Below are positions 41,040-55,139 of a stretch of DNA of 64,000 bases, in pieces. The translations under genes were made by a program, and so were the position numbers. Below the pieces are notes generated by a model. That model ran no database searches. It had not been told where the DNA came from and saw nothing but the letters and a program-made list of their open reading frames with translations. How positions within the stretch are numbered: position 1 is the first letter of the stretch; each line of letters opens with the position of its first letter. The DNA is from the human T2T-CHM13v2.0 reference genome, Homo sapiens. The stretch is taken from assembly GCF_009914755.1 (NCBI RefSeq), contig NC_060941.1; one strand, 5' to 3'.

Positions 41040-43504
41040 AATTCACACTCAGAAAAAGCATAAGCTGGCTTCTCATTTCCATTTTTTCAGATGGGCAAAC
41101 ACAAATGCTGAGAATCTTAAGGCTGTCCCTAAGAAGATGTGGAAGGGGAATGCACTTACTGGTCTCAAGAAGGACCAGTCCTAGACTCATGACCTTGGCC
41201 CATTGCAGGGAACACTTGCTGAGTGAGTCTAGGATTTCTAGGCTAAGTGACGCTTGTCTGTGGAACACTGGCGACGAAAGCTGGTTGCACAACTCTCTGC
41301 AGGCTCCTTGGACAGTGACTTTCAAACCATCCCAACCAAGATTGCTAAGAGAACCGCACTATTAGGTTTCAAGTTCACATCACATTGCCTTAAAAACCCC
41401 ATGCTGTTCCTACGACCACACCTACAACTTGCCCTTGAAAATGGAAAACTCCATTCCATAAAACAGGTTTCTTCTTTCAAGTGCCCCACCAGGACCCTTC
41501 AAGAGAAGTCTGAACTATCATGAATCAAAATTTCCCATATTTTCCACACCCCAGTTATGAAGGAGTGGACCACATTATGATTTCCCCAGGGCTTATATAA
41601 GACATATTTCTATTTTTCACTTTCCATTTAAAGGAAGGACCCTTTTGGTCATCTTAATCCTCTGGGCAGAGACAGAAGAAAAGACCTTATTCTCCAATTA
41701 TTTTCCCTGTTAGACACAGTTCTTTTGAATGTTACAAAGAAAAGATACAGACCAGAAATATCTTTCCAGGAACTGATTTCAAATGTTGATTCCATATACG
41801 CCAAGAGACTGCTGGCATCCACAGCTGCAATCTTCATTGAATAATGCATCAGGAGACAATTAGCAAGAGCTTGAGACTGTTTTGATTGCATGGAGAGTTG
41901 GTTTGGGCAGTTTGTGCTATAACAAGGTCTCGACAGTATAGTAAGTTTGGAAACACCAAAGTTAAAGAAAAGAATGAATTCTGGACAAGGACCCCACTCC
42001 CATCCCTGGGACATTCACAGTGCTCTTCATTTTTGGCCTACTTATGTACCATTCATGGGTCCCAATTTTGTGCAAGCTTCTTATCCTTCAACCTAGCCTA
42101 TAAAAATGAGAGCAGCTGGGAATTCGAAGGCAGGGTGATAGGGGAAACAATTTCATGGTTCCTCTCCCTCTCCCAACCTCGTAAGTTTTTATTGCTTCAC
42201 AGTTCATGATCTCGCTCTTTCCCCCACCTCTCACCACTATCCTTCTGTTCACACAGGTCCTATGGGACACTTAATCTGGAGGGGGATTCATGTTCCTTTG
42301 GAATAGCCACTGGATGAGAATAGGCTCAACCAAAGGCCCAGCTAGGAATATCCCTGCCACTTTCAACATTCCCTCCATCTGGCTTACTATGGAGCAATTT
42401 CAAGGCTCGCCACAGCTAAGGCTTGGGTTGTTTCCTTGATTTCTGCTTCTCATCTGTTGTACATTCCCCAGGAACAGTCTGGTGATAAGAGTCAGGTAGC
42501 AACAATGCAGTGAGTCTCTGAGACCAAAAGATAATTGAAAAATCCCAGTAAGTCCATTCCCTTTGGCCTTGAGTTCACATATGGTCACCACATTAGAGAC
42601 CTTGTCCAAAAGACCAGCTTGGGACATGGGGTGGAGATGATTTCTGTCGTTAACACAGCCACATCTTCCCCCAAGTCAATGGGCAATCAGAGCTCTGTGT
42701 ACTCTGATTCATTGCAGGACTGACCATGTCACTGGTTTTAACCCAACATGATGTCCTTTCTAGCATGGTCCTCACTCTAGGAGATAAAGTAGCTGTCTTC
42801 ATGAGTGATTGCTTCCAGACCCAATGAAGAGAAACTCATGTGTTTGAAATGCCTGCCATTCTTCTCCATTTCACCATAAAGTAGCCAACTTAATTTTGCA
42901 CAATACTGTTTGATAACAACCACGTGTGTGTCTTCTATATTTATATACTCAGGAAAGGACCTACTTGGTCAGTGTGAGATGATTTCACAAGAAAAATGGA
43001 ACCAGATGTGACTCCTTTTTATTTGGCTCTTCAAGCTCAAGCATTCTAATTCCAGGGTCAGCCTTTACACGGGTTTTCGGTTACCTTGCAGAAGAGGATC
43101 CTTTTACACTACAGCGTTTGCTTTTCCAAGGTCCCTGACAAGCAGAAGTAGGCAAAAGATTTTAGGGAATTTGTTCTCAGCTTAGCACTTTCCAACATTT
43201 CCAGGCCTAGAGATTCAGTGGGACAGACTGTATCCTCTTTTGGAATAATGGAACATGCCTGTTCAGTAGTAGACATCCCCACCTTTAATTCAATCATTCT
43301 TCCAACTTCCCAGAATGCACAAGCACTTTGGGCCTGGAACTCAAGATCAGATAGTGCTAAAGTGACTCATTCAAAACTCCAAAGCCAAGGAGTGGGCAGG
43401 ACTGACATCAGAGAAGGTCAGGCTTTACTCCTTTCATCTTGGTTCTTCTTTTCCTAAACAAACAAACAAACAAACAAACAAACTTTCATCCCAACTTGTG
43501 CTGG

Positions 43505-43788
43505 CAGGCCTGCCATGTACAGCGGTACAGTTTGTGCACTGCACAAAAATGCTTACTGCCAAGGGAGCAATTAGGGGCTGAAATGCAGTCCATGCTACAC
43601 TTATCAAGACATGTACCCCAGAAAGTGATACATCTTCTTGGAAGAAGAAGCACCCCCCATGAAACGCCTCCCCGCCAAAATATTAACTGCTCACCAAGTT
43701 GGCAACCGTGTGCGTACATCTTTGCAGCAGTGCACTTTTCTAAGAAGCAGCATGTGCTAGTGGTATCTTGCATACTGGTGACAGCCTG
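43505..43788. mobile_element. MER91-like hAT-Tip100
   Basis: caggcctgccatgtacagcggtacagtttgtgcactgcacaa...ggggctgaaatgcag...ggtgacagcctg. Confidence 0.6.
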
Positions 43789-43905
43789 AGATATGAATAA
43801 ATATGCAAACTGCAGAGGATGTGTCATCTAGTCCTGTGTATATTAGTACTGCTCAATGAGCCACACTCAGCCCCAAGATAAGTCATCTAGAGAGGCTTTA
43901 GATGC

Positions 43906-44084
43906 AGGATAACCACTACATGGCACTTGTGCCACGACTGCTACAGCAGATGTGACTCATAAGTCCTGGAATTCTTTCATAGCCCAAATTCGTCACAATC
44001 CTTTTCCACTCAGTGGAGCACTCTGCTCAATCACTACCAATTAAATAGAGTTGGCATTCAAGAGAACACCTATCTGCCATCTGC
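43906..44084 (-). mobile_element. MER103C-like hAT-Charlie
   Basis: cactaccaattaaatagagttggcattcaagagaacacctatctgccatc. Confidence 0.6.
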
Positions 44085-44086
44085 CC

Positions 44087-44535
44087 CAGCTAGCTCTTGC
44101 CACAATAATGCTCCATAACAAATTACCCCACAACTCAGTGGCTGAAGACAGGAATCATTTATGTTTATTCTCCTATCTCTATGGGAGCTGTGCTTTGGCT
44201 AATCGAGGCTGACAGGCCAAGAGTGCTCTGCTTCGAGCTGCCGTCCAGCTGGGCTTGTCTTCTTGCTGTGAGTTGGACTTGAGTCTGCTCAATATGTATC
44301 CATTCTGGAGTCTGTGCTGAAAGGTTGCAGCCAGCCAGGGGCCATTCTTCTCATGGCAAGAGAAGAGGCACAAGAGGGCAAGCCCAGCCACACGAGCACA
44401 TTTTCAGTCTTTGCTTATGTCGCATCCACTAACGTCTCATTGACCAAAGCAAGTGATGCAGCCGAGCCCAAAATCAAGGGGTGGAAAGGATGCCCTCTCA
44501 CTCCAACATAAAGGCCAGGGTGAAGAATTGTGAGA
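44087..44535 (-). mobile_element. Old MLT1 (H/I/J-like) LTR
   Basis: ttgccacaataatgctccataacaaattacccc...cattgaccaaagcaagt...gagcccaaaatcaaggggtgg. Confidence 0.75.
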
Positions 44536-44537
44536 AA

Positions 44538-44824
44538 GGCTGGGCATGGTGGCTTATGCCTATAATCTTTGCATTTTGTGAGGGCAAGGCAGGAGGATCA
44601 TTTGAGCCCAGGAGTTTGATTCCAGCCTGGGCAACATAGTGAGACCCCATCTCTGCAAAAATAAAAAAATTGGGCATGGTGGCACAAACCTGTATTCCCA
44701 GCTACTTGGGAGACTGAGGTGGGAGGATTGCTTGAGCCCAGGAAGTCAAGGCTGCAGGGAGCTATGATGGTGCCACTGCACTCCAGCCTGGGTGACAGAG
44801 TGAGGCCCTGTCTCAAAAAGAAAA
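44538..44824 (+). mobile_element. AluJ
   Basis: ggaggattgcttgagcccaggaagtcaaggctgcag. Confidence 0.92.
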
Positions 44825-45790
44825 GGGAGCAAGACTTGGAGCTGCCACAGCATCTGTGCCGTAGGCAAAGGGGCAGGAGAAGTATCAAACCACATTTGGT
44901 GTGATGTTCCCTGCTTGGCTGGTGCTCCTATAAAGCTGTCATTAAACCCACCTTCCCTAGACAGCCAATCAACCTCTTGGCCTAGGAAGGGAAATAACAG
45001 GGAAGGCTGAACTTCAGAGCCCAGGATGAGGGATAGAGTGGCTCTTTATAAAGTCCAGCTGGTGAACCTGGTGAATAATAATTAAGCTGGATCTGAAACA
45101 GGTGTTTGCTCTAGGAAATGGGTCCACGTAAATAAGTGAGAGGGCCAGGTGGATTCAGGGTGCTCAAGCTTCAGGGTGTGTGATTTGGAAGAAACAAGAG
45201 AGTGAAGGAACAAGAGCAGAAGTGATGGCGGTTTAGGACAGAGCAACCCAGAGCTTGGAAACCCTTGCTGGGCCGCGCCCGAAGGGCTTTTCATTTTCAC
45301 TCATCAAAAGGAAAGCATCCCTTCAGGCCACAACATCTCTGATGATGGTGACCGTCATCAAGGGTTAATCTAGAAAATTACAGAGCCAATGTCCTGCCCT
45401 CCAGGACTTCACAATCTGAGATGGAAACACAAGCAGCAACTCTAAGGAGTAAAATATAAACAAAGAACCAAGATGATGTGAGGCAGACAGGCGGCAAAGG
45501 GAGTTCCAGCTGTAGAGAAGGAAAAGCAGGGATCGAACCCAGCAGGCTACTGGGAAAAATGGGCATTCAGAAACTCCTTACGGGAGTGCTGCGCAACCCG
45601 AACAAGGATGTGACTTAACAGAGGACAAGGAAGTAGAGGTGAGGGGTGGGGAGAGAGGACATTTACTATGGATCTGGAGAGAAGAGAGTGGAGGGAAGGG
45701 GCTGGATCATGAGCTCAGTCATGTGCTGCTCAAATGATGGTCAAGAGCTTTGCACTGGTCTGACAAGGAGGCTTTAGAAGGGTTGTAAGG

Positions 45791-46117
45791 GGCTGGGCAT
45801 GGTGGCTTACACCTGTAGAACCAGCACTTTCAGAGGGCAAGGCAGAGGGATTGCTTGAGGCTGGGAGTTCAAGACCAGCCTGGCCAACATGGCAAAACCG
45901 TGTCTCTACAAAAAATACAAAAGTCAGTCAGGCATGGTGGCATGGACCTGTAGTCCCAGCTACTTGGGAGACTGAGATGGGAGAAAACGCTTGAGCCCAG
46001 GAAGTCGAGACTGCAGTAAGCCATGATCGTGCCACTGCACTACAGCTTGGGCGCCTGAGTGAGACCTTGTCTCAAAATAATGTAAAAAATAAATAAATAA
46101 ATAAATAAATAAATAAA
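45791..46117 (+). mobile_element. AluJ with (AAAT)n tail
   Basis: TSD AGAAGGGYTGTAAGG at 45776-45790 and 46118-46132. Confidence 0.92.
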
Positions 46118-46349
46118 AGAAGGGCTGTAAGGATTTCCCTATAAGAAAAGTTTAGCTGCCTGTTTAAAAAAAAATTACAATGCTGAGTACAAAACAAAAA
46201 GGTTGACAGGAAGACTTGTTACCTCCCAATCGGACATCTTAGAAAAGGGAATTAAAAAGGGAGGAGGTCACCAGGTCTGCATAACCCCCACCCACAAGGA
46301 CACCAAACCAAATCTAACCCGCCTGTATCCCATCCTAATTGTGTGGATC

Positions 46350-46535
46350 CATTAGGCCAGGCTCTGTGGGAAGTACTTTATATATTACCACAAAACTGTG
46401 AAGTAAGTACTATTATCATCCCTTTCTACATATGAGGAAACTGAGGCTTCCAAAGTCATGTGGTTAGAGAATGCTAGTGCTAGGAGTTGAACCCAGGCCA
46501 TCTGAATTTAGAACCCACATCCTTAACCACTGTAT
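46350..46535 (-). mobile_element. MIR
   Basis: tattatcatccctttctacatatgaggaaactgaggct...gagttgaacccagg. Confidence 0.75.
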
Positions 46536-46558
46536 AATACAAACCCTAAGAGGCTTCA

Positions 46559-46946
<388 letters not shown>

Positions 46947-48068
46947 TCAAGATGCCAAAATATGGCTAGGAAGTTTTCAGCCACCCAGAAAATTGATGTG
47001 GCCTCATTTTCCACATTGTTCTGAAAAGCATGCTTACTAAAACATCCAAGACCCTTGGGAATGTTCTTTTATCAAATGGGTCCCAGGTTTTTCCCTCTGT
47101 GCTGCAAAATCCTGGTGTGTTTTCTTTAGGAGAGAAGTAAAGTGTTAGTGACAGGCAAAGAGAGGCTGAGGGAAATATACTCTTCCCTTTCAAGCCAGGT
47201 TAACCAAGTCTGGTTTGTAGGCAGGTGAATCATTGATTTTCCTCTCTTCTCCAGAGAGCACTGCCATAGTTACATGGATAAAAGCCGAGGAATAAAGACA
47301 GAATTGAATGGTCTAGGTTGAAAGGAAACTTTTGAAACAGGTTAGAAGCATCCAGTCGGGGGTTGGTTTGCAGTGTGAAATGTCTACTATCCAAGCAAGA
47401 TGCCCAACATTGTTTAGTTGTGGTTGAGAGAGAGGAAAGGTTACATAATTATCATGCCTTCTGAAAGCTTAAAGGAAACCATTTTCTTTTGTCTTCTTTG
47501 TTGTTACTTGCAGCTTGTACCCGCTGTTCTGCAAGTCTGACTTTGAGCCTGGATTTTTCTGAAAGAGTTTAGGGTTTTTGCTTTTATAATGCCAAACTTC
47601 ACACAACCCACAGTCAACTTTCACTGATGCTGAGGCTCCCATCTTGCAAAGAACCGTCTCAAAATCATCAGAGAGGGACTGACAATGCTAGGACAGGTGG
47701 GTGGGAAGGAAGCCACTTTGCCTGGATGCCCGGTGAAGCATGACCTGCTCTGGGACCCTGGGAAATATTCTTGGAGAAACTGTCTTCCAGTAGAGATCAG
47801 TCAAGACATTATCACATCTTTCAAGGGAGGTAATTCGTCTTTGGTAAAAAGAAGGTAGAGGAAGGTGGTGGGTGGGACTGCAAAATAGGAAACATCAATT
47901 CACATCCACATATATTCTTTGAAGGCCAGAAAATGTACTAAATAAAGCAAAGAACCAAATGCATTTTAGCCAGTTTTCATGAGAACCTCAAGAAACAATC
48001 TTAGCAAAAGGTAAGAAAACAAATGAGCAAACTGGGTTTTCTTTCCAGGCCAAAGAACCATAGATTTT

Positions 48069-48420
<352 letters not shown>

Positions 48421-49179
48421 TAAAAGTTTGTGACAGTTGATGTGAGGGCTGCATCCCTGTAGCCCCATGTACTCTCTGAAATAAGCCAGAAAAGTCAAGA
48501 TAAAGATCATTCTGTGGACCTGTCATCAAAAGAGCACAGACTGGAAGGTGATTTTCCAACACTAGATGGGGTAAGTTGTGTTGAACCATCTGTGCTTCTC
48601 CACTGAGTGTGTCTTGTGACAAACTGCAGATATTTGCCAGGTGGAAGATCAAGGTTAAAGATTTGATCTGAGCAAAACTATTTGATCCATCTGGCCCAAG
48701 GCAACCCCTCAAGTCTTGGCCGCATTAATGCTGTTCTCACTTGTCAACCAGTTCATGCTCTAATTTGCTCACTTCCTTTTTCTTCTAGGTTTCTTAACAC
48801 ATGAAAGAATTTTCACCCCAGTTCTTCCTCACTAAACTCCATTGTGATTCTCTTTGGAAAATAATGACTCCCCTTCAGCCCTTAGCTGGAGAGACTCAGA
48901 GATTGGACCAAGTCACAGAGATCCTTTGGGCTCAGCTTGCAAGACTACTTCACAGGTCAAGCCAAGTTTTGAGGGTGAATGAAAATTAGAACAACCTGTG
49001 CAGCCAAGTATGTGGGGGTGAGGACTTTGGGACACACGAGAGTCCTCAGAGCCATCTGCCTGGACTGCAGAAGGAAAGCCTGCAGATGGCAGGGCCACTT
49101 CTCATGAGCAGGAATATTGTTTTTGCACTTTTCACTAGTAGCAAATGCTGCTAGTAGCCTTTCTTGCCTACTTTCTCAG

Positions 49180-49780
49180 GAATGGCACTCTACTTAGCTC
49201 TTTCGAGTTGGGCATGTGGCCTGATGACTATATTGACCATCCTTTCTTGCAGCGACTAAGCACTAGCCAATGAGGTACAGGAAGCTGTAGGTGCCATGCT
49301 GGGAACATCCTCAAAGGGAAGGGAGTGTGCTCTTATCCTCCCTCTTTCCTCCTTCCTGCTGGCTGCAATGCAGACATGATGGCCTGAACTAGAGTAACAC
49401 TTTCATTCTATGAGGACAAGGGTCTTACCCTAGGTCTTCAGATTTTTTGCTCTTAGGACACACTTGTTATGGTCTGAATGTCTGTATCCCCCCAGAATTG
49501 CTACGTTGAAGTCATGCCCCCCAAAGTGATAGTATTTGGGAGGTGATCTGGTCATGAGGGTGGAGTCCTCATGAATGGGATCCAGGGTGCCCTTATTAAA
49601 AAGAGCCTAGAGGGCTAGCCCCGCCCTTCCCTGTGAGGACGCAGTGAAAAGTCACCATCTGTCATAGACAGCCAGAATCCAGATTCCTCATGGGAGAAAA
49701 GTAAATGAAGCTTCTTTGTAGTTGAAGAGGCTGCTATTTGGGGCCTTTTGTCCTTTGTGGAAAAACATAAACCTAAATCA
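49180..49780 (+). mobile_element. Old MLT1 LTR with an MLT1A-like LTR piece at ~49465-49662
   Basis: cttcctgctggctgcaatgcagacatgatggc; tgttatggtctgaatgtctgtatcccccc...tcatgagggtggagtcctcatgaatggga. Confidence 0.7.
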
Positions 49781-49969
49781 TCTGCTCTTTGAGGGGAGGG
49801 TTAGTGGGATATACACAGTGGCCCTATTTCTGTGATTTTTTTGTCTCCCCAGAGGCTAAAAATAACACATGCATTCTTACGCAATTTGAGCAAATTTTTA
49901 AAAGACAAAAATTTTCAGGAAGGCATTCCTTTTTCTCTTTTGTCAGCTTTTAAGATAAAATACCTTCTT

Positions 49970-50453
49970 ACATGCATACATATGTTCACTGCAGCACTAT
50001 TCACAATAGCAAAGACATGGAATCAACCCAAATGCCCATCAATGATAGAGTGGATAAAGAAAATGGGATACATATACACCATGGAATACTATGCATCCAT
50101 AAAAAGGAAAAAGGTCACGTAATTCGCAGAGACATAGATGGAGCTGGAAGCCATTATCCTCAGCAAGCTAACACAGGAACAGAAAGCCAAACACCAAATG
50201 GCCTCGCTTATGAGTGGGAGCTGAACAATAAGAACACAGAGAGGGGAACAATACAAACAGGGGACTCTCAGGGAGTGCGAGGGGAGGGAGAGCATCATGA
50301 TAAATAGCTAATGCATGCGAGGCTTAGTACTTAGGTGATGGGTGGATAGGTACACCAAACCACTATGGCACACATTTACCTATGTAACAAACCTGCACGT
50401 CCTGCACATGTATCCCAGAACTTAAAATAATAAATAAATAAATAATAATAAAA
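49970..50453 (+). mobile_element. L1PA (about PA8-PA12) 3' end with A-rich tail
   Basis: ORF2 C-terminus MFTAALFTIAKTWNQPKCPSMIEWIKKM; 3'UTR aacaaacctgcacgtcctgcacatgtatcccagaacttaaaata. Confidence 0.9.
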
Positions 50454-52165
50454 ATATCATGTTCACTTTTCCTACATAATGAGGGGAGCTCTACATGGAA
50501 ATTCTGAGCCATGGGGTTCACTTGATGTGCAGTTGCACCACATTCTAAACATCGTTCCTGAATTTAAAAGCACAACACAGCACAGAGTTAACATTGATCT
50601 TCCCAACACCCCTGCGAGATGAGTGTGGTTATCCCCATTCTGCAGATGAGGAAGCCAGAACATGAAGGAGCTTGGCTATTATTATAATATCATGCTTACC
50701 ATTTTCAAAGCTTCCCTGTTCATTAATTAGCACATCCTCTCAATAAGCCTGTCAGGTACATAAGTGTACTTTGTCCTCACATCCAAGCACTCCTATATCC
50801 TTTATGAATCCGGAACTCATTAGTAATCTTCCAACATCCTCTGAAGCTTGTGGAGTATCTGGAAGAAAGAGGAGTAGGTATGTGGAGGAAGGAAGCTGCA
50901 ACCCCCCGGGTTAAAAAGGAATGAATGAAGTGGTCGGGTCATGCCTGAAGCAAGATCACAAGATGGTTAAATATCAACCTGTTGTCCAGATCATTAGAAT
51001 GCCCATCTGGGACTCTCTCTACTTCTACTATGAGCTCCTCTCTCAGAGTCCGATACCAGTTATATTCAGGGTAGGACCTACTACAGCTAGCTCCCCATGA
51101 GTGTGTCTTAAATACAGATCCATGAAACATTGCTGTGAGGCCCAGCAAGCCTCCAGCTTCACCTGCATTCTACTGGAAGCACCCTTATTGAAGAAGTACT
51201 AAGACCATTCAGTGGTCCCTCCCAACTTCTCTGAAGGTATATTTCAGTGGGTTTAAAATAGACTAGGGAAAGGAAAAACCATCAAGCTATTGATACTCCT
51301 CTAATGGCTATAAGTGGTTGAGAAAATGACTGCCAAAAAATCTGGTAGTGGATCCTGCTGTAAAACATGACATGGTACTTACAGCATGCAACATACTGCC
51401 ATAAATTGTGCAAGCTCCAATGCCATAGGGCATGAAATTTAATTTTTTAGTGAGGGAAGGAAGAAATGGAAATAGTGCAGCCTTCTGGGGGTGGGCATGG
51501 TATTCCCCGAAGCACTTTATAAGTCTATAAGGAATTAAATAGTCAAGTTACAGATAACATAATTGGTCATATTACAAGGGAAAATGAATAAAATAGGTTA
51601 CCATAATTTTTCAGAAGAATGAACTTTAAAAAAATATGTGTTGATTTTTTCCCCATATCTCTACTCCACAGATAATTTCAGCAAGGCAAGAATGTATTAT
51701 TGATGAATGAGCAAAGATGAATATAATATTATGGCTTAGGATAACACATAGAATTTACTCATTTTCTATGTGATAATGCAAATAATATTATTCTTGCTCA
51801 TACTTTCTTCATCTCTCCTTGCCTTCTTCCTTGCTAAGAATTTTTTCATGGGAAAAATAAAAAATACCTATCTCTATCAAAATCACAGCTCTTAAGGGCC
51901 ATAATAAGTCACAACTGGCACAACTCTCAATGATACATCAGTATTTGTAATTCATGACTGGCTTGGCACTCTTACAGAGCTACATTGGAATCCATCCTAA
52001 TCCGTTGATTAACATAGAGACCAAGAGGATAACCTCTTGCATTCCTTCCCATTATTACGATGTCCATCACCAACAGAATTATGCATCCATTGTATTATGA
52101 GTAACAAAGTAACCTGCAACACTTGAAGTAAAAATTGGACCTACTGAGAATGCCTCCTCTAGGCC

Positions 52166-52438
52166 AAGGCACTCAAAGCGTGGTCCACAAACTGATGTTG
52201 GCCCATGAACTGATTTGACTTTGCCACAACATCTTAGATGATCCCAAATGATCAGTGGACTTGTCTCATTGAACAGTGTATAGATCATTTCTGGAGCTGT
52301 CTGACTCCCTTGGTGAGTCATTTTGGTGATGCCTGACACCAGTCTTGTGCAGTAGAACTGCATGTTGGTCTGTAATTTGCTGAAAATGAATGCAAACTAA
52401 AATAAAATAAGTAACCACAGTGAGGTTAAGAAGCACCA
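52166..52438 (+). mobile_element. Charlie18a-like hAT
   Basis: actcaaagcgtggtcc...tgatcagtggacttgtctcattgaacagtgtatagatc...ttaagaagcac. Confidence 0.65.
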
Positions 52439-52529
52439 TTGTAGCCCATTTTAGTCATGGAACCAATATTCTCTGCAGAGGTGAGTGTCTTGCTGCTGGA
52501 CAGAGTTGAATATAGAGATTTGAATTTCT

Positions 52530-52813
52530 TTCTTTTTGAGACAGAGTCTTGGTTTATCACCCAGACTGGAGTGCAGTGACGCGATCTTGGCTCACTGCAA
52601 CTTCCGCCTCCCAGGTTCAAGCAATTCTCATGCCTCAGCCTCCTGAAGTAGCTGGGATTACAGGGGTGCACCATCACACCCAGCTAATTTTTGTATTTTT
52701 AGTAAGGACAGGGTTTCACCATGTTGGCCAGGCTGGTCTTGAACTCCAAGTGATCCGCCCGCCTTGGCCTCCCAAAGTGTTGGGATTACAGACATGAACC
52801 ATGGTGCCCAGCT
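52530..52813 (-). mobile_element. AluS
   Basis: TSD GAGATYTGAATTTCT at 52515-52529 and 52814-52828. Confidence 0.93.
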
Positions 52814-53451
52814 GAGATCTGAATTTCTAATAAGTAAACCCCTTTGGGTAAACATGTCCCTCCAAGCTAAGAAGCGGGCATTTGGGAGAGAATGGAATTG
52901 ATTTAAAGGGGAAGGACATAACTCTCTTGTTCTGGAGATTGCCAGGACAGTAAATGGAACATGAATTGAGTCCATTATGTGGATCAAACCCTAAGCCCAA
53001 CAAATCTAATTTCCCAGGTACATCCAGATCCCCAAATTTCCACTTACTGGAAATTGTAGTGCAAGGCTCAAAACCTCCCCCTTTATACATCTGTTTACAG
53101 ACATAATATTTGATCAGAGAGAAGTTTAAGTCAGTTGTTTTGTGATTGAGTAGCTCAAGAATATAACAGGTTTGCTCATCGAGGACAGGTATCAGAGGTG
53201 CTTCATGACGGTGTGGTGATGGCGAGCACAAGAACAGTTCTTCCTGGTCCCCATCTTCGTCAATGAATTTCCTTGATCATTTCCTAGGTTTAAATTTGTA
53301 AAGGTGAGTTTGCACCAATATGTTCACTCAGGGGACATGCCTCAAAAGGGTGTTTAGAAACTTCCAGCAGCTGGAGGCATGGTATCCAGTGTCATTCTTC
53401 TTCACACCACCTGCCAATCCCCTTTGTCATCTCCAGATCCCCAGATCTTCT

Positions 53452-53751
53452 TTTTTGTTTTTTCTTTTTTTGAGATGCAGTCTTGCTCTGTTGCCCAAGC
53501 TGGAGTGCAGTGGCACAATATCGGCTCACTGCAACCTCTACCTCCCCAGTTCAAGTGATTCTTCTGCCTCAGCCTCCTGAGTAGCTAGGACTACAGGTGC
53601 GCACCACCACACTGGCTAATTTTTGTATTTTTAGTAGAGATGGGGCTTCACTATGTTGGCCAGGCTGGTTTTGAACTCCTGACCTCAGGTCATCTGCCTG
53701 TCTCGCCTCCCAAAGCGCTGGGATTACAGGCATGAGCCACCGCGCCCAGCC
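53452..53751 (-). mobile_element. AluS
   Basis: Full dimer; flanking cccagatcttct repeats. Confidence 0.93.
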
Positions 53752-54419
53752 TACTCCCAGATCTTCTAATAGCCAAGTTGGAATCAAACACCCAAGAGAA
53801 AAATATTTTAAACTACCGTCCAAAAACAGTATGTCTGTAATTAAGAGAAGATTTTAATCTTTAAACAGGCAAACCAACACATGTTAAATGCACAGAGAAC
53901 CAGACCAAAAAAAAAAAAAAAAAAAAAAAAGCTGAAAACTTGAAACGTTTCATTTTTTTAAATATGCAGATTTCTAAGAAAATGTTCCTGCTGAGGGCAT
54001 CTTAAATTTTGGCTTAATATTAATTGACAGTCACATCAGTGTGAAAACAGTGGTTTGAAGAAAATTTCTTCGGCCAGAGTGTTACATACTGCTTTGTTCT
54101 TTCATACTTTTCAGCAATCAGGAAAGAATGGTTAAGTATCTCTTAGTATTGAATCACAACAGAAAGAACTAAAATTCAAGAATGATCTTAACAGGAATAA
54201 GTTGGATACAGTTCTGCCTAGAAATGGGCATGACCCAGAAATGAGAGCTCAGCTTCCTTCCAAGTTTAAACTCCCAGGATAACTAACTTGAAACTAAGGA
54301 TAAGTCTATTGATTGATTCAGATAAGCTTAATTAAAAATGCTTTTCCTAAATGTACTTTGAACTTGAGTTTTTACAGAGCCCTTCTCTTGAATACCTTAT
54401 CAACAGGCAGCCAACAGAA

Positions 54420-54955
54420 TCTTCCTTCCCTTCCTTCTTCCTGCCTTCCTTCTTTTGTTTCTCCTTCCCTCCCTCCTGTTTCCTTTCTTACCTTTTCTTT
54501 TCCTTTTTTCTTCCTTCTTTTTGTCCTTTCTTCTTTTTTCTTTTTTCTTCTTTCCTTCATTCTTAATCCTTCTTTCTCTTACTTTTACCTTTCTTGCCTT
54601 TCTTCTCTTCACCCTTTCCTCTTTTCATCCTTTTTTTCTGTCTTTCCTGCCTATTTTTTTGTCCTTTTCTTTAACCCTTCCTTCCTTCCTTCCTGCCTCC
54701 CTTCCTCCCTCTCTTCATCTGTCTCCCTCCCTCCTTCCCTCCCTCCCTTCCTTCCTTCCCTTCTTCCTTCTTTCTTTGCATTATTCTTTCTTTTTTCTGC
54801 TTTATTTCTCTCCTTCGTGCTTTTCCTTTTTTATCTTTCTTTGTCAGCTTCCTTTATTTTCTTTCTCTTTGCTTTCTTCTATTACGTCTTTCTCTTTATT
54901 CTTTCCTGCTTTTCTTTCATAGCCTTTTCCTTTCTCCTTGCTTAATTTTTTTTTA
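54420..54955. repeat. ~535-bp polypyrimidine low-complexity tract
   Basis: (CTTC/TTTC/CCCT)n-like; source of Phe/Leu/Ser pseudo-ORFs. Confidence 0.9.
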
Positions 54956-55139
54956 ATTCTAGATGTGTGGGCAAAACACTTTCTCCAAATTGGTTCCATG
55001 CAGTACTTATTCATCAGCTCCAAGCTGCGAAAACAAAAGCAAAAAGCTTACAATCACTTCTTATTTCCAAGACAATAAAATGTTTTGATATTATAGAACA
55101 TAACTTACTAAAATTAGTAAAAACATTGCCCCCTACTAA

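Noticed and set aside
54313-54945. 210-aa hydrophobic, membrane-like ORF
   Set aside because: Polypyrimidine low complexity encoding F/L/S/P; an artefact.
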